Shown in pieces: positions 24,150 through 37,150 of a stretch of DNA of 64,000 nt (position 1 is the stretch's first letter; every line of letters starts with the position of its first letter). The DNA is taken from positions 28,999,027 to 29,063,026 of the forward strand of contig NC_068983.1 of the NCBI RefSeq assembly GCF_001194135.2, read 5' to 3'. Source of the stretch: Octopus bimaculoides. Its lineage: Eukaryota. Under the pieces are notes generated by a model. It had not been told where the DNA came from and ran no database searches. It saw only the letters and a list, made by a program, of their open reading frames with translations. The position numbers were made by a program, and so were the translations under genes.

Positions 24150-24645
24150 AATTGTGATATTTTGAGAAAAAGCATCTTATGTCATTTTGAGCTAAGTATC
24201 ATTGTACTATATTAAGCTGAGTATCCTTTTATCGTTTTAAGCTAGGCATTATTATGCCATTTTAAGATGAGCTTATGATGTTATTTTGGGCTGAGAATCA
24301 CTGTGCTATTTTGAATTGAGCATCACCATGCTATTTTGCACTGAACAACGTTGCACTATTTTGAGCTGAGCATAAATTGTACCATTTTGAGCTGAGCATA
24401 AATTGTACTATTTTGAGCTCAGCACAAATTGTGCCATTTTGAGCTGAACATAAAGTGTGCCATTTTGAGCTGAGTATCAATTATATTATTTTGAACTAAG
24501 CATAAATTGGGCCATTTTGAACTCAGTATCATCAATTATATTTTGAACTAAGTATAAATTATGCCATATTGAGCTGGGCATCAATTGTATCATTTTGAGC
24601 TGAGCATCCTTGTGTCATTTTTAGTTGAATATCCTTATGACATTT
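24150..24645. repeat. 26-bp minisatellite (ATTTTGAGCTGAGCATAAATTGTRCC), about 19 units
   Basis: Period 26 measured at 24361/24387; most homogeneous in the centre, degenerate at the edges. Confidence 0.88.
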
Positions 24646-25479
24646 TAAATCTACTGGAATTCTTTTATGTTATTCCCAATATCTGTAAAATTCTAAATCC
24701 TACAACTCAAAATTCTCCCCCATCCACATACACGCACTATAATGAGATACTCTGAGTCTAATTTACAAACTGTCCTGAGAAAATGGATTCATTTTAGTAC
24801 GCATAAACAGCAAAAGTACTTTATGGAGAAATGTGCAAATTCTAATAACATTTCCTTACTTCCAGCATCCGTATAATATTTCACAACTACTACAGAACAA
24901 ATTATCGACAATCAATGACCTGTGAATTACGAGTTTAAATGCAAATTATTCTCACTTGTCGTCATATACTGAGATTAATCAGATTAATTAAGATTAAATC
25001 TGTGAGCTGTTAAATAAGAGATAAAACCTGCATTTCTCTTCGGTAACTTCTTAAGATCAAAGATTTAATAGCTTACCAAATGAACTTTGAAATTATCATA
25101 CATTTTGCTGAATGACATCGAGTGTAGTATGAAGAACAGGTTTTTCAGGAAATCTTGCACAAAATTTCAAATGAATGATTGTAACTCTTTTAGGAACACA
25201 CACACACACATATGCACATTCAATTTATTTGTTCCAAAAAGATTTGGACGTTAGTTTCTTTAAGAGGTATTACATTTGGTTGAGTTGTTAGAGCATCAAA
25301 TGAAAAGCTATGCAGTGTTTATCCCGGTACTTGACATCCTGAGTTCAAATCCTGTCAAGGTCAAGTTTGCCTTTCATTCCTTCAGTCTCAGTAAATAAAG
25401 TATCAATCTCAGTGGGGAGGGGGGACTGGCAGAAATATTAAAAGTGTTGAGAAGGATTCCTGGTCGTATTTCATCTTTA

Positions 25480-25702
25480 ATCCTTTACTTTGTTTCAGTC
25501 ATCAGACTGTAGCCATGATGGGGCACCACTTTGAAGAATTTTGGTTGAATGAATTGACCCTAGTACCGACGTTTTTTTTTTAAAGTTTAATACTTATTCT
25601 ATCAGTCACTTTTGTTAAACTGATAAGTTAGTGGGATGTAAACACACCAACACTGGTTGTCAAGCAGTAGTGGGGGACAAACACAGACACGAAGACACAC
25701 AC

Positions 25703-25744
<42 letters not shown>

Positions 25745-25745
25745 G
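25480..25745 (-). mobile_element. SINE-A 3' half
   Basis: Tail motifs in reverse, followed by (CA)(TA)n. Confidence 0.85.
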
Positions 25746-25915
25746 AGAATTTATGTAAAAACAACAGACGAAGACAGGTGGTGTAGACAACAAATGGATG
25801 TATTAGTATAACGCTCGGGAATAGAGAAAGTTTTTAACGTTTCGAGCCTATGCTCTTCAACAGAAAGGAACACAGAAAGAAACAAGGAGAGAAAAAAATG
25901 TAAGTGTAGTGGTCA
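25745..25915 (-). mobile_element. Penelope-like terminal repeat, family 2 (hammerhead-like variant)
   Basis: Minus strand CTGTTGAAGAGCATAGGCTCGAAACGTT; second copy at 33290-33440 (+). Confidence 0.6.
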
Positions 25916-26054
25916 GCGATCTATCATGGCGAGGTATTAATAAAATAGATGGAAAAAAAAAGATTTTATTTAGTATGACACGTGTGTGTGTGTGCATGTG
26001 TGCGTGCGTGCGTGCATGCGTGCTTGTCTCATTGATCAGTAACTAATATTCAAG

Positions 26055-26625
26055 CTGGTAAAATCATTAGCACGTCAGACAAAACACTTAGTGGTAGTTT
26101 GCCTGTCACTAAATTCTGAGTTCAAATTCTGCCAAGGTCAACTTTGCCTTTCATCCTTTAAAATAAGTACCAGCAGAGTATAATCAACCAGCCCCATTCC
26201 TCAAAATTTCAGGCCCTTGTACCTTTAGCGGAAAGGATTATTTTGGAAAGGCAAACAAGTTAGCTTAATAGCACATCATTTATCTTTACATTCTGAGTTC
26301 AAATTCTACTGACATTGACTTTACCTTTCCTCATTTTGGGATTAAGGAATTAAGTACCAGCTGCATAATGGAGTCAATGTAATTGACTAGACCCTCCAAC
26401 AAATTTTAGGCTTTGTGGAAAGGTGAGCAAAGTGGTTGAATCATTAGCACACCGGACAGAATGCTTAGTGGCATTTCATCTGCCTTCAAATTCCACCATG
26501 GTCAACTTTGCTGTTCATCCTGCAGGAATCAATAAAATAAGTTTCCAGTGAAGTACTGGAGTCAATGAAATCGACTTCCCCTTCCCCTCAAAAACTGCTG
26601 GCCTTGTGTCAAAATTTTAAGTCAT
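26055..26625 (+). mobile_element. Three consecutive diverged SINE-C copies
   Basis: Three occurrences of CAAATTC...CTTT(G/A)C...TCAT...AAGT motifs. Confidence 0.75.
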
Positions 26626-27266
26626 TAATTCCTTTAAAAATGGCAAATAGCATTTGTCTCATAAAACAAATTTTTATTAAATTTTATTAGAAGACACCTT
26701 GTCTCATGGAATTCCAGAATCTTTTTTGACAGAACCCTAACATTCCCCTTAATCTATTTTGAGAAACACTAGACCAGGAGACCAATTTTTCTAATGCCAT
26801 CTAATGCATCATTCTAATGCCATCTAATGCAATTACAAGATTCAGTGGAATAGAGCCCAGAATAGTTAAATTTTATCAGATAAAGTTGCTTAAGTACCAT
26901 GATATCACAAATTATTTGAAAAATATTTCAGAAATTTTATATTTATAAATTTTACTACATCATTCAAATATCAGATTGAAGATATTAGATTCTAAAAAGA
27001 TACTAATATCCAATTCCCTACATGTTAAGCCATTTTTTAATTACTTTTTATCTTTATTTTTACAGTTTTACAAGAGATTCGATATTCTAGAAAATTAGCA
27101 GATTTATATAAATTCTCAAAACAAATGGGTGAAGTATGTTAGGATCAACTGGGAGATATCAGATAAAATGTCTTGTGGATTTTCATTATGTCCTTTTACA
27201 GTGGGTTCGAATCCTGCATGCATTGACCTTGCCTTTCATATTTCTGAGGTTGATAAAATATGTACC

Positions 27267-27682
27267 GCGGAGGCGCAATGGCCCGGTGGTTAGGGCAGTG
27301 GACTCGCGGTCATAGGATCGCGGTTTCGATTCCCAGACCGGGTGTTGTGAGTGTTTATTGAGCGAAAACGCCTAAAGCGCCACGAGGCTCCGGCAGGGGA
27401 TGGTGGCAAACCCTGCTGTACTCTTCCACCACAACTTTCTCTCACTCTTACTTCCTGTTTCTGTTGTGCCTGTAATTCAAAGGGTCAGCCTTGTCACACT
27501 GTGTCACGCTGAATATCCCCGAGAACTACGTTAAGGGTACTGAATATCCCCGAGAACTACGTTAAGGGTACTGAATATCCCCGAGAACTACGTTGAGGGT
27601 AATTTCACGAGCAACCTGTTCCGTTGATTGGATCAACTGGAACCCTCGACATTGTAAGCGACAGAGTGCCAACAACAACAAC
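27267..27682 (+). mobile_element. Full-length SINE-B with 12-bp TSD, nested in an old SINE-C, with an internal 31-bp triplication
   Basis: TSD AAAATATGTACC at 27255-27266 and 27683-27694. Confidence 0.95.
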
Positions 27683-28213
27683 AAAATATGTACCAATCAA
27701 GTATTGGGGGAATCAATATATAACCTACTGTGTGATCTAGGTGGCAATACTGCAGCATAACTACAATCCAATGACTAAAACAATGAAAGGAATTAAAGAA
27801 AACCATTTCAAACTCAATGACATAGAATTGGTTTTGGCCGCTCTGTGTTTCCCACAGTTGTAGGTAGTCTCCGAGGGCTGGGAGTAAATTTCAGGATTCC
27901 AGGAGAGAATTTCAGTGGGGAAATTGGCTTCATACTAAACGATTCATTATCAGGCTGTGTGGTAAGTAGCTTGCTTACGAACCACATGGTTCTGGGTTCA
28001 GNNNNNNNNNNGCTCCAGCATGGCCACAGTCAAATGACTGAAACAAGTAAAAGAGAAAGAATAAAAAGAGTATTCACACTTGTGTTGTGCCCTACTTGGC
28101 AGCTATTACAAGGGAGAATCAATTTTTCCTAATATTTAGCAGGATTAGAAATTTGATTTCGTTTATTTTTACTTTTGTTCAATTATTATGAAGTTCTTAA
28201 AATTTTTAGTCGG

Positions 28214-28392
28214 TAGGCGCAGGAGTGGCTGTGGCTGTGTGGTAAGTAGCTTGCTTACCAACCACATGGTTCCGGGTTCAGTCCCACTGCGTGGCATCTT
28301 GGGCAAGTGTCTTCTACTATAGCCTCGGGCCGACCAAAGCCTTGTTAGTAGATTTGGTAGACGGAAACTGAAAGAAGCCCGTCGTACATATG

Positions 28393-28423
<31 letters not shown>

Positions 28424-28823
28424 GTTTGTGTCTGTGTTTGTCCCCCCCCCCCACCAACATCGCTTGACAACCANNNNNNNNNNNNNNNNNNNNNNNNNNN
28501 NNNNNNNNNNNNNNNNNNNNNNNNNNNNNNNNNNNNNNNNNNNNNNNNNNNNNNNNNNNNNNNNNNNNNNNNNNNNNNNNNNNNNNNNNNNNNNNNNNNN
28601 NNNNNNNNNNNNNNNNNNNNNNNNNNNNNNNNNNNNNNNNNNNNNNNNNNNNNNNNNNNNNNNNNNNNNNNNNNNNNNNNNNCTTAGCAGTTCAGCAAAA
28701 GAGACCGATAGAATAAGTACTAGGCATCCAAAGAATAAGTCCTGGGGTTGATTTGCTCGACTAAAGGCAGTGCTCCAGCATGGCCGCAGTCAAATGACTG
28801 AAACAAGTAAAAGAGTAAAAGAG
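28214..28823 (+). mobile_element. Full-length SINE-A containing an assembly gap
   Basis: Near-consensus head TAGGCGCAGGAGTGGCTGTGTGGTAAG and tail. Confidence 0.95.
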
Positions 28824-29348
28824 AAAAAAAGAATAAATCGTTGCACTACCTAAGAATTTGAGTGATTCTGCATTTCAGTAAGAAATTCATATAACATACA
28901 TATGACAACAGAATATCAAACTCACTTATTTACTAGATACAACCAAGAGAAAGAAAGCTGTTGCAACATTGGTGATAGTATCCAAGATTGGCTACAGCCT
29001 ACAGGCTAGAACTAGTAAAAGAATAAGAATAAAAAGAATGCTTGCTCAAAAATATTCTACTTTCAGAAATAAAGTGAACTTTTTTGCTCCTTATTTAAGT
29101 TTTATCACATACCTTGAAACAAAACCTTATTCGTGTACGTTATATACAGCAAAACCAAAAAGTAAACTAACAAGAAAAAACTAGGTCCATAGCTGTCAAA
29201 ATTCCACGAGAGCTTATTCTGGAGTAAAACAAAAAAAAATCGATATTAATCATAAGAAGTGAAAGAAATGATAACACAATAGATGAGAATATCAAAGAAC
29301 TTAAATAACATAAACCTATACAATAAATGTAACCTTAACATAAGCTAC

Positions 29349-29382
<34 letters not shown>

Positions 29383-29744
29383 ATATGTATATATATATAT
29401 ATGTATGTATGTATGTATATATGTGTATACACACATATATATGTGTATATGTAAATACATATATATTATATGTATTATATTATATCTTTATGTAGGATCG
29501 ATCCATCAGCCTATTTGTTAGTTGTGACAATGTAGCTGATGGACAGACAGATGTATAGGTAAATGGATGTATGATGAGATACACTCACACGCACGTATAT
29601 GTGCGCACACAAAACACCAGCACACATGTGCATACACATACTACACACCTGCAATATGACTAAACACAATGGAAGGACAAAAGCTAAACAAGACTAGCAA
29701 CGTACAGAAATCACTCCACATTTGGACAAGATATGGCAACATAC

Positions 29745-29880
29745 AGTAGTAGTAGTAGTAGTGGTAGTGGTAGTAGTAGTAGTGGTGGTGGTGGTGGTGG
29801 TGGCAGCAGTACCAGTAATAGTAGTAGTAGTTGTAGTAGTAGTAGTAGTAGCAGCAACAGCAGCAGTGATTGTGGTGGTG
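29745..29880. repeat. Compound trinucleotide microsatellite (AGT/GGT/AGC)n
   Basis: Read directly. Confidence 0.95.
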
Positions 29881-30999
29881 TACAGTACTTTGATTTTCTT
29901 GGTTGGTTTTTTTTTTTTTTTTACTTTGTTTTGTTTTCGTTTTTTTTTTTTTGTTCTTTTGGCTTCATAAGATAGTCTTTCAGAAAGACCAGACAGAACT
30001 CATAACCAAATGTAAATCAATGTGGAAGGTATGACTAGATGAAGTTAATGTAGTTAATCTTCAATTTGAATTGTTACATACTCTTGCATGGTCTGGGGAA
30101 TTTCTTGCAGTATGTAGGAATGTGTTTTTACTCAAATGGATCGAGACAGAAAGTGAGATAAAACCGACTCTGGTAGAGACAGACAGGTTGATACAGGCAG
30201 AGAAAGGTTATTGTCGTGTTGGGGCAGTATCGTCAGGAAGTTCTTCACAATTTTCCTTGATGTTAGTAGCGTCAGCATTGTCATCAATGTTTTATACCAC
30301 AAGGCATATGCTATACTATATTGATACAACGGTATGGTGCACAAGATATGTAATATGATAACAAGATAACATGATAACATGAAACAAAAATATGTTATGG
30401 AACTAGAACAAGCATATTTAGTTGCAGGGAAAATTAAGTTATAATAAGACTGCGTGGGTAGAATGTTTGGCCAGGAATCATAATTGTTTTGAATGCCAAA
30501 GTATTTATTAATCAGATCAATTGCGGTTGGCAAAGAAGAATCGAAATGGATTCCAAGAAATAGATCAATCTTGCTTAGCTTACAACTGTTATTAGTTCTC
30601 CAATAACAGCAACATATTTGCAGAAATGGCACAATGCTGGATTAAATGTTGTTCAGATACATAGTTTTGTTTTGTTCTTTTGCATTTGTAGTTCAAATCC
30701 CAATGGATTCAGTTCGTTTTTGGCTTTCATCTTTCAAGTGTCAATGCAATAAGTACCAGATATTTTATCTGTCAGTTCATTGAAATATTGAAGAAATGTT
30801 TTGAGAAATTGATCAAAATTCATGGCATAACTGTGTGGCAGGTGTAGATATGGTTGTGTGAAGAAAACTGATTGAAAACCATAGATTTTAAGTTCAATCT
30901 CATTGCATGGTACATTCAGCAAATATTTTCTACTCTAACTAGTTATTTGCCTAGTGAGCAAATGTGATAGGTAGAAACTATGCGAAACCTTGCAGACAT

Positions 31000-31001
31000 G
31001 T

Positions 31002-31078
<77 letters not shown>

Positions 31079-31090
31079 TGTGTGTGTATA
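31000..31090. repeat. (GA)n microsatellite
   Basis: Read directly. Confidence 0.97.
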
Positions 31091-32168
31091 CAAATACATA
31101 AAAGGAAGCTGCATGTATAATACATAACTTAGAAGCAGCGCTATGGATGTACCAGCATGGATCTCAAATATAATTTAAAAAAGATGCAAAAATTCTCCCT
31201 TTTTCTCTCCCCATTGTCTCTCCATTTTCTTCCTTTCCCCCTCACACACACACACACACTGCATTGAAGAGGAAATAAGAGTTTGACTGTCTTAAATCTT
31301 AATATTGAAGGAGTCCAACAACATCAAGCTCATTATGTATGCGTTACATTAATTTCATTTGAAAAATTAAGTGAACAAAAATTATAAATATTTTTCTTTG
31401 GCATATCTACAATATATATACAAAGATGCATGCCTAGCTGTGTCATTAAAAAGTTTTCTTTCCCCCAATAAATATTGTTTCAAGCTTCAGTTCAGTCCCA
31501 CTATTGGGCACCTTAGACATGTCTTCTTCTTTAACCTTGAGCTGACTGAAGCTTTGTAAGGCGCTTTGGTTGGCAGGAACTGAAAGAAACCCATCATAAG
31601 CACTCAGTACACTCGGTAAAGTAGTTGGAATTAAAAAGGACATCCAGCTGTAGAAACCATGACAAAATACTAAGGGTGCAGCCCTTATCCCTGCTTGCCA
31701 GCTCCTATCAAACTGTCCAACCCATGCCGACATGGAAAACAGATGTTAAATGATGACAATGATGATAATGATAATATATATATAAATCTATGTGCTTGTG
31801 TGTGAGGACACATAGCCTAGTATGGTTAGGGTGTTGCACGCACGCTCATGAGATCATGGGTTCGATTCCTGAACTGGAAGGTGTATTGTGTGCTTGAACA
31901 ATACACTTCATCTCATGTTGCTCTGGGATCATTTTGGTATTTAATATGTGGCACACACTGCACCTACACAGGTTATGTCAATTTGAGTGATGGAGAGAGT
32001 GAGCTTACAAAGCATCATGAACATTTGATTACTATAAATAAATCATCTGTGTGATTGTTCAGCAAGAAATTGCAAATCCCTCATCTAGCATTTAATGATA
32101 GGGACAGTCCCCAGTGTAGTATATATATATATATATATNNNNNNNNNNNNNNNNNNNNNNNNNNNNNN

Positions 32169-32226
<58 letters not shown>

Positions 32227-32970
32227 ATGTAGTTGTGTGCATTTTCATATTAGAATTGAAAAAAATGAACAATCAGTATTTCAGTTGTTATAACAAATAA
32301 ATATGCTACAATGTTTCCTTATTGATAAAATAACATAAATGATGCAGCATAATGAATGTCTTGTCAATAAGACCTGTCTCTTATATTGTGTAACTTCAAA
32401 ATGTTTGGAAACCACTGATATAGTCTGACGCCTATGACGTCTCACTGTTTTGAATTTAAATATGAAAGTCATTTGTTTCTTGCAAATCCCAGAAACACAG
32501 AGCTATGGTAAAGACGTCTCAGATATTGATTGGAGAGAGGAGAGAAAAATAGAGCATTGATTGAACCTAATTTCATTTACTGCTGACTCTCATATTCATT
32601 GCCTGCATAATAAGCAATGAATGCTGGAGATTACACCAGTTTAGGAGACATTAAACAGTTGAAAGGCATCACCCTTCTTGACTGGAGGTAATAGTCTTTC
32701 ACAAGGTTGGCCCATGGAAGAATTAGAGCAGAATCTTGCAAATGAAAATGTTGTCAGCTATAGGCACAACATGGCTTTGTAATTAAGAAGCTTACTTTGC
32801 AATCCTGTGGTTTGGGGTTCAGTCCCACTGTGTGACACCATGGGCAAGTGCCTCCTATAGCCCTAAGGTGACCAATGCCTTATGAGTGAATTTGGTACAT
32901 GAAACTTGTGTGGAAGACCATCATGTGTGTGTGTGTATGTATCTCTCTCTCTCTATTTATCTATCTATCA

Positions 32971-33030
<60 letters not shown>

Positions 33031-33289
33031 NNNNNNNNNNNNNNNNNNNNNNNNNNNNNNNNNNNNNNNNNNNNNNNNNNNNNNNNNNNNNNNNNNNNNN
33101 NNNNNNNNNNNNNNNNNNNNNNNNNNNNNNNNNNNNNNNNNNNNNNNNNNNNNNNNNNNNNNNNNNNNNNNNNNNNNNNNNNNNNNNNNNNNNNNNNNNN
33201 NNNNNNNNNNNNNNNNNNNNNNNNNNNNNNNNNNNNNNNNNNNNNNNNNNNNNNNNNNNNNNNNNNNNTACAAGTTTTATTTATTTTTT

Positions 33290-33440
33290 TCCCTGTTTAC
33301 TTTCTCTTATTCCTTACTGTTGAAGAGCATAGGCTTGAAACGTAAAAGACTTTACCATTTTTCCCAAGCATCAAACTAATACACTTGTTTGTTGTTCATA
33401 CACCTGTCTTTGTCTTTTGCTTTTCTATAAATTTCAACTA
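33290..33440 (+). mobile_element. Penelope-like terminal repeat, family 2
   Basis: CTGTTGAAGAGCATAGGCTTGAAACGTAAAAG; body matches the 25745 copy. Confidence 0.6.
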
Positions 33441-34027
33441 TATATATATATATATATCCGAGTGTGTGTACATGCATGTGTGTGTGCATGTGTGAATGTT
33501 GATATGCCAATGTTCACATTCCTATTTCTTGTTTATATTATGACAGGCCACTCTCAGACAGCAAAATGGCAGAATCGTTAGCATGCCAGGAAAAATGCTT
33601 AGCAGCTTTCCATCTGTCTTTACATTCTGAGTTCAAATTCCACCAAGGTCAACTTTGCCTTTCATCTTGTCCAGGTCAATAAAATAAGTTACCAATTGAG
33701 CACCCAGGCCAATATAATCAACTGGCCCTCTCCCCCAAACTTATAGGTTTTGTGCCTATTCGATTATGACAGGTCACTTTGCACTCTCAAAGACCAGTAA
33801 AAATATCCCTTAAATAACTAATAGTTGTTAACAAGAGGCTATTCCAGTATTAAAAATTCTGATTCATAGAACTCTTCATCTAAAATTATGCCAGAATGAA
33901 AAATGGGTGTTAAATGTATGAATGAATTTGACTCCTTGGAACCATTAGTAGAGTCCTCTATGGTATGGTGAGCATTCAGATTAGATCCCTGGTTTGAGGA
34001 TAACCCATAATTCATGGATTATCTTCA

Positions 34028-34215
34028 GATTAGTCATCCGCATCATCATTATTTAACATCCATTTTCCATGCTGGCGTGAATTGGACATTTTGACAGGAG
34101 CTGCCAAGCCAGAGGGCTGCAGCAGTCTCCAGCTATCTGTTTTGGCATGGTTTCTATGGTTGGATGCCCTTCCTAATGCCAACCACTTTACAGAGTGTAC
34201 CAGGTGCTTCTTTTG
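34028..34215 (-). mobile_element. Family D element (RTE-type tail)
   Basis: CATCATCATTATTTAACATCCATTTTCCATGCTGGC... is the reverse of the shared tail. Confidence 0.75.
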
Positions 34216-34505
34216 TGGCACCAGCAATGGTGCTTTTTACATGGCACCAGAAATTATGCTTTTTACGTGGCACCAGCAATTGTGCTTTTTACATGGCACC
34301 AACAATGGTGCATTTTATGTGGCACCAGCAATGGTGCATTTTATGTGCCACCAGCAATGGTGCTTTTTATGTGACACCAGGTATGGTGCTTTTTACGTGG
34401 CACCAGAAATGGTGCTTCTTATGTGACACCAGCAATGGTGCTTCTTACGTGGCACCAGCAATGGTGCTTTTTACATGGCACCAGGAATGGTGCTTTTTAC
34501 ATGGT
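34203..34505. repeat. 26-bp hairpin-forming minisatellite (TGGCACCAGCAATGGTGCTTTTTACA), about 11.5 units
   Basis: Period 26 (34216, 34242 ... 34476); internal GCACCA/TGGTGC inverted repeat; contiguous with the family D element. Confidence 0.92.
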
Positions 34506-34619
34506 GTGGCCATGATTTTACTTTTACTCAGCTTGAAGTGTCTTCTCTAGCACAGCAAATTGTCAAAAGTTTCAGTCTCTTGTCAGTTTTCAAAGAAAAT
34601 TAGAAAGCGAAAATATATC

Positions 34620-34693
<74 letters not shown>

Positions 34694-35134
34694 TAGCTCT
34701 TTGTACTTGTCTAGTAAATATATTGATCTGAGACCAAGTTTTGAAACTGAAGCAATTTTATTGTAGGAAAGACATTTTAATAATTTAAAAACTCACAAAA
34801 GCTGTTAAATTCACTTTACATTTGCTACAGGAGAAATCAAAGAATTTTATTTGCACAACTGTGACCTGCTCACTGACACAGTTCCACTATATAAATGGTG
34901 AGATTGTGTGAGTGACCAGATGGTAGTTGTGAGATGAAAATTTTGGCACATCATAAAATAAATTAAAAGTGAATTTAACAGTTTTTGTATGCTTTTAAAT
35001 GACTGACATGGCTCTTCTATTAGATAAATAAAGAAAATCACAGGAAAAATATGGTAAAGAGGTTATGATGAAATGACATGTACCAACAAAACAGGGAGGG
35101 GAATATCTTTATTTCTTTTTTATTTGTTTCAATC

Positions 35135-35318
35135 ATTTGACTGTGGCTATGCTAGGGAGCCACCTTAATGTGTTTTAGTTAAATGAATCAACCCAAGTAT
35201 TTATTTTTTAAAGTTTGGGACTTGATTCATTGGTCGTTTTTGCTAAACTGTTAAGTTATGGGGAAGAAAACAAACCAACACTTGTCAAGCCAAGGGGTGG
35301 TCAAAAACAAACACAAAG

Positions 35319-35356
<38 letters not shown>

Positions 35357-35530
35357 GCACATGTATACAATGGGCTTTGACACACAGTTTCTGTCTACTC
35401 AGTACATTCACAAGGCATTGGTCAGCCCAGGGTTATAGTTGAAGGCATTTGCCTAAGGTGCCACACAGTGGGACTAAATCCAAAATAGTGTGGTTGGGAA
35501 TCAAAATTCTGAACCACGTAGCCACACCTG
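35135..35530 (-). mobile_element. Diverged SINE-A
   Basis: Tail, (CA)n centre and head in reverse. Confidence 0.8.
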
Positions 35531-35789
35531 TGGTTATATATNNNNNNNNNNNNNNNNNNNNNNNNNNNNNNNNNNNNNNNNNNNNNNNNNNNNNNNNNNN
35601 NNNNNNNNNNNNNNNNNNNNNNNNNNNNNNNNNNNNNNNNNNNNNNNNNNNNNNNNNNNNNNNNNNNNNNNNNNNNNNNNNNNNNNNNNNNNNNNNNNNN
35701 NNNNNNNNNNNNNNNNNNNNNNNNNNNNNNNNNNNNNNNNNNNNNAATTTATTTAGATATTTATTATAAGGAAAGTGTTATTATTTTAT

Positions 35790-35965
35790 CTTTTTTCTTT
35801 TGTAGCCATGTTGGGGCATCACCTTCAAGAATTTTTAGTTGAATGAATCACCCCCAGTACTAATTCTTTTAAGCCTGGCACTTATTCTATTGATCACATT
35901 TGCTAAACCACTAAGTTATGGGGACCGGTTGTCAAGCAGTAGTGGAGAGAAACACAGCTACAAAG

Positions 35966-36004
<39 letters not shown>

Positions 36005-36170
36005 CACAATGGGCTTCTTTCAGTTTCCATCTACCAAGTCCACTCACAAGGCTTTTGTGGGCCCAAGGATATAGTGGACGACACTAACCCAAGGTTCCAT
36101 GCAATGGGACTGAACCCAAAACCATTTGGTTAGAAAGCATGCTTCTTACCACACAGTCATACCTGCACCT
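35790..36170 (-). mobile_element. Diverged SINE-A
   Basis: Tail, (CA)n centre and head in reverse. Confidence 0.8.
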
Positions 36171-36654
36171 TTTGTGAAACTTTATAAATTTTGATGCTAT
36201 GACATCAAATAAGAAGAGACATTTAATCACGATATAAGAAAGTTATTAAAATATATATATAAAAGATAAAATAAAATATATTAAAATAAAAGTTTGATAT
36301 TTTCAATAATTAACTGACCGACTAAAAATTAGCCACAAGTTTGAAAAAGTAGTAAAAATTTTCAAATAAAATTCAGATATATAAATATCAGGTAGTAGAA
36401 ATGATCACAAAAGCAACTGAAAACACACAGTATAGAGAGGTCATTTATTTTGTTAGCATGCAATGTGAATATTAGAACAATGTGAGATAATGAAGTTGCC
36501 AAAATTCCATAGTTCAAACGAGGAAGAGTAGAAAAATATCTTCTAAGACAGAAAAGCATTTTACTAACTGAAACATTTTCACCTCTGCCACAACAGTGAA
36601 TGATAATGTTATTTGCAGAATAATGCTTTAAACCATAGATGTTTTTACACCAGG

Positions 36655-37150
36655 TAAAATGCTTAGTTCAAATTCCACCGAGATCAACTTTGGCTTTTAT
36701 CCTTTCAGGGTCATTAAATAAAGTGCCAATGAAACACTGGGGTTGATGTATTCGACAAGTCCCTTCCTCCAAAATTTCAGGCCTTGTGCCTTTAGTAAAA
36801 AGGTTTATTGTAATTATTAAAGAGGTGAGCTGAAAGAATCATCACTGCACCAGACAAAATGCTTAGTAGCATTTCATCTGTCTTATCGTTCTGAGTTCAA
36901 ATTCTGCCAAGGTCGACTTTGCCTTTCATCCTTTTGGGGTTGATAAATTAAGTACCAGTTGAGTAGTGGGGTTGATGTAATCAACTTAACTCCTCCCTAA
37001 AAATTTCAGTTTCTATCTACCAAATCCACTCATAAGGCTTTGGTTGGCCCAAGGCTATAGTAGAAGACACTTGCCCAAGGTGCCACGCAGTGGGACTGAA
37101 CCCGGAACCATGTGGTTGGTAAGCAAGCTACTTACCACACAGCCACTCCT
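36655..37150. mobile_element. Two SINE-C copies (+) followed by a SINE-A head (-)
   Basis: Family motifs; the SINE-A head at about 37005-37150 is near consensus. Confidence 0.8.

Noticed and set aside
24797-24921. F-box-like exon (RINSKSTLWRNVQ...)
   Set aside because: Only an LWRxV resemblance; equally plausible exons can be drawn on the opposite strand.
29722-29975. Poly-Val or poly-Ser/Gly protein
   Set aside because: Translation of a trinucleotide microsatellite; no supporting splice or homology evidence.
34203-34505. CRISPR array (palindromic direct repeats)
   Set aside because: Units are contiguous with no unique spacers, derive from a retroelement, and there are no cas genes; the context is eukaryotic.
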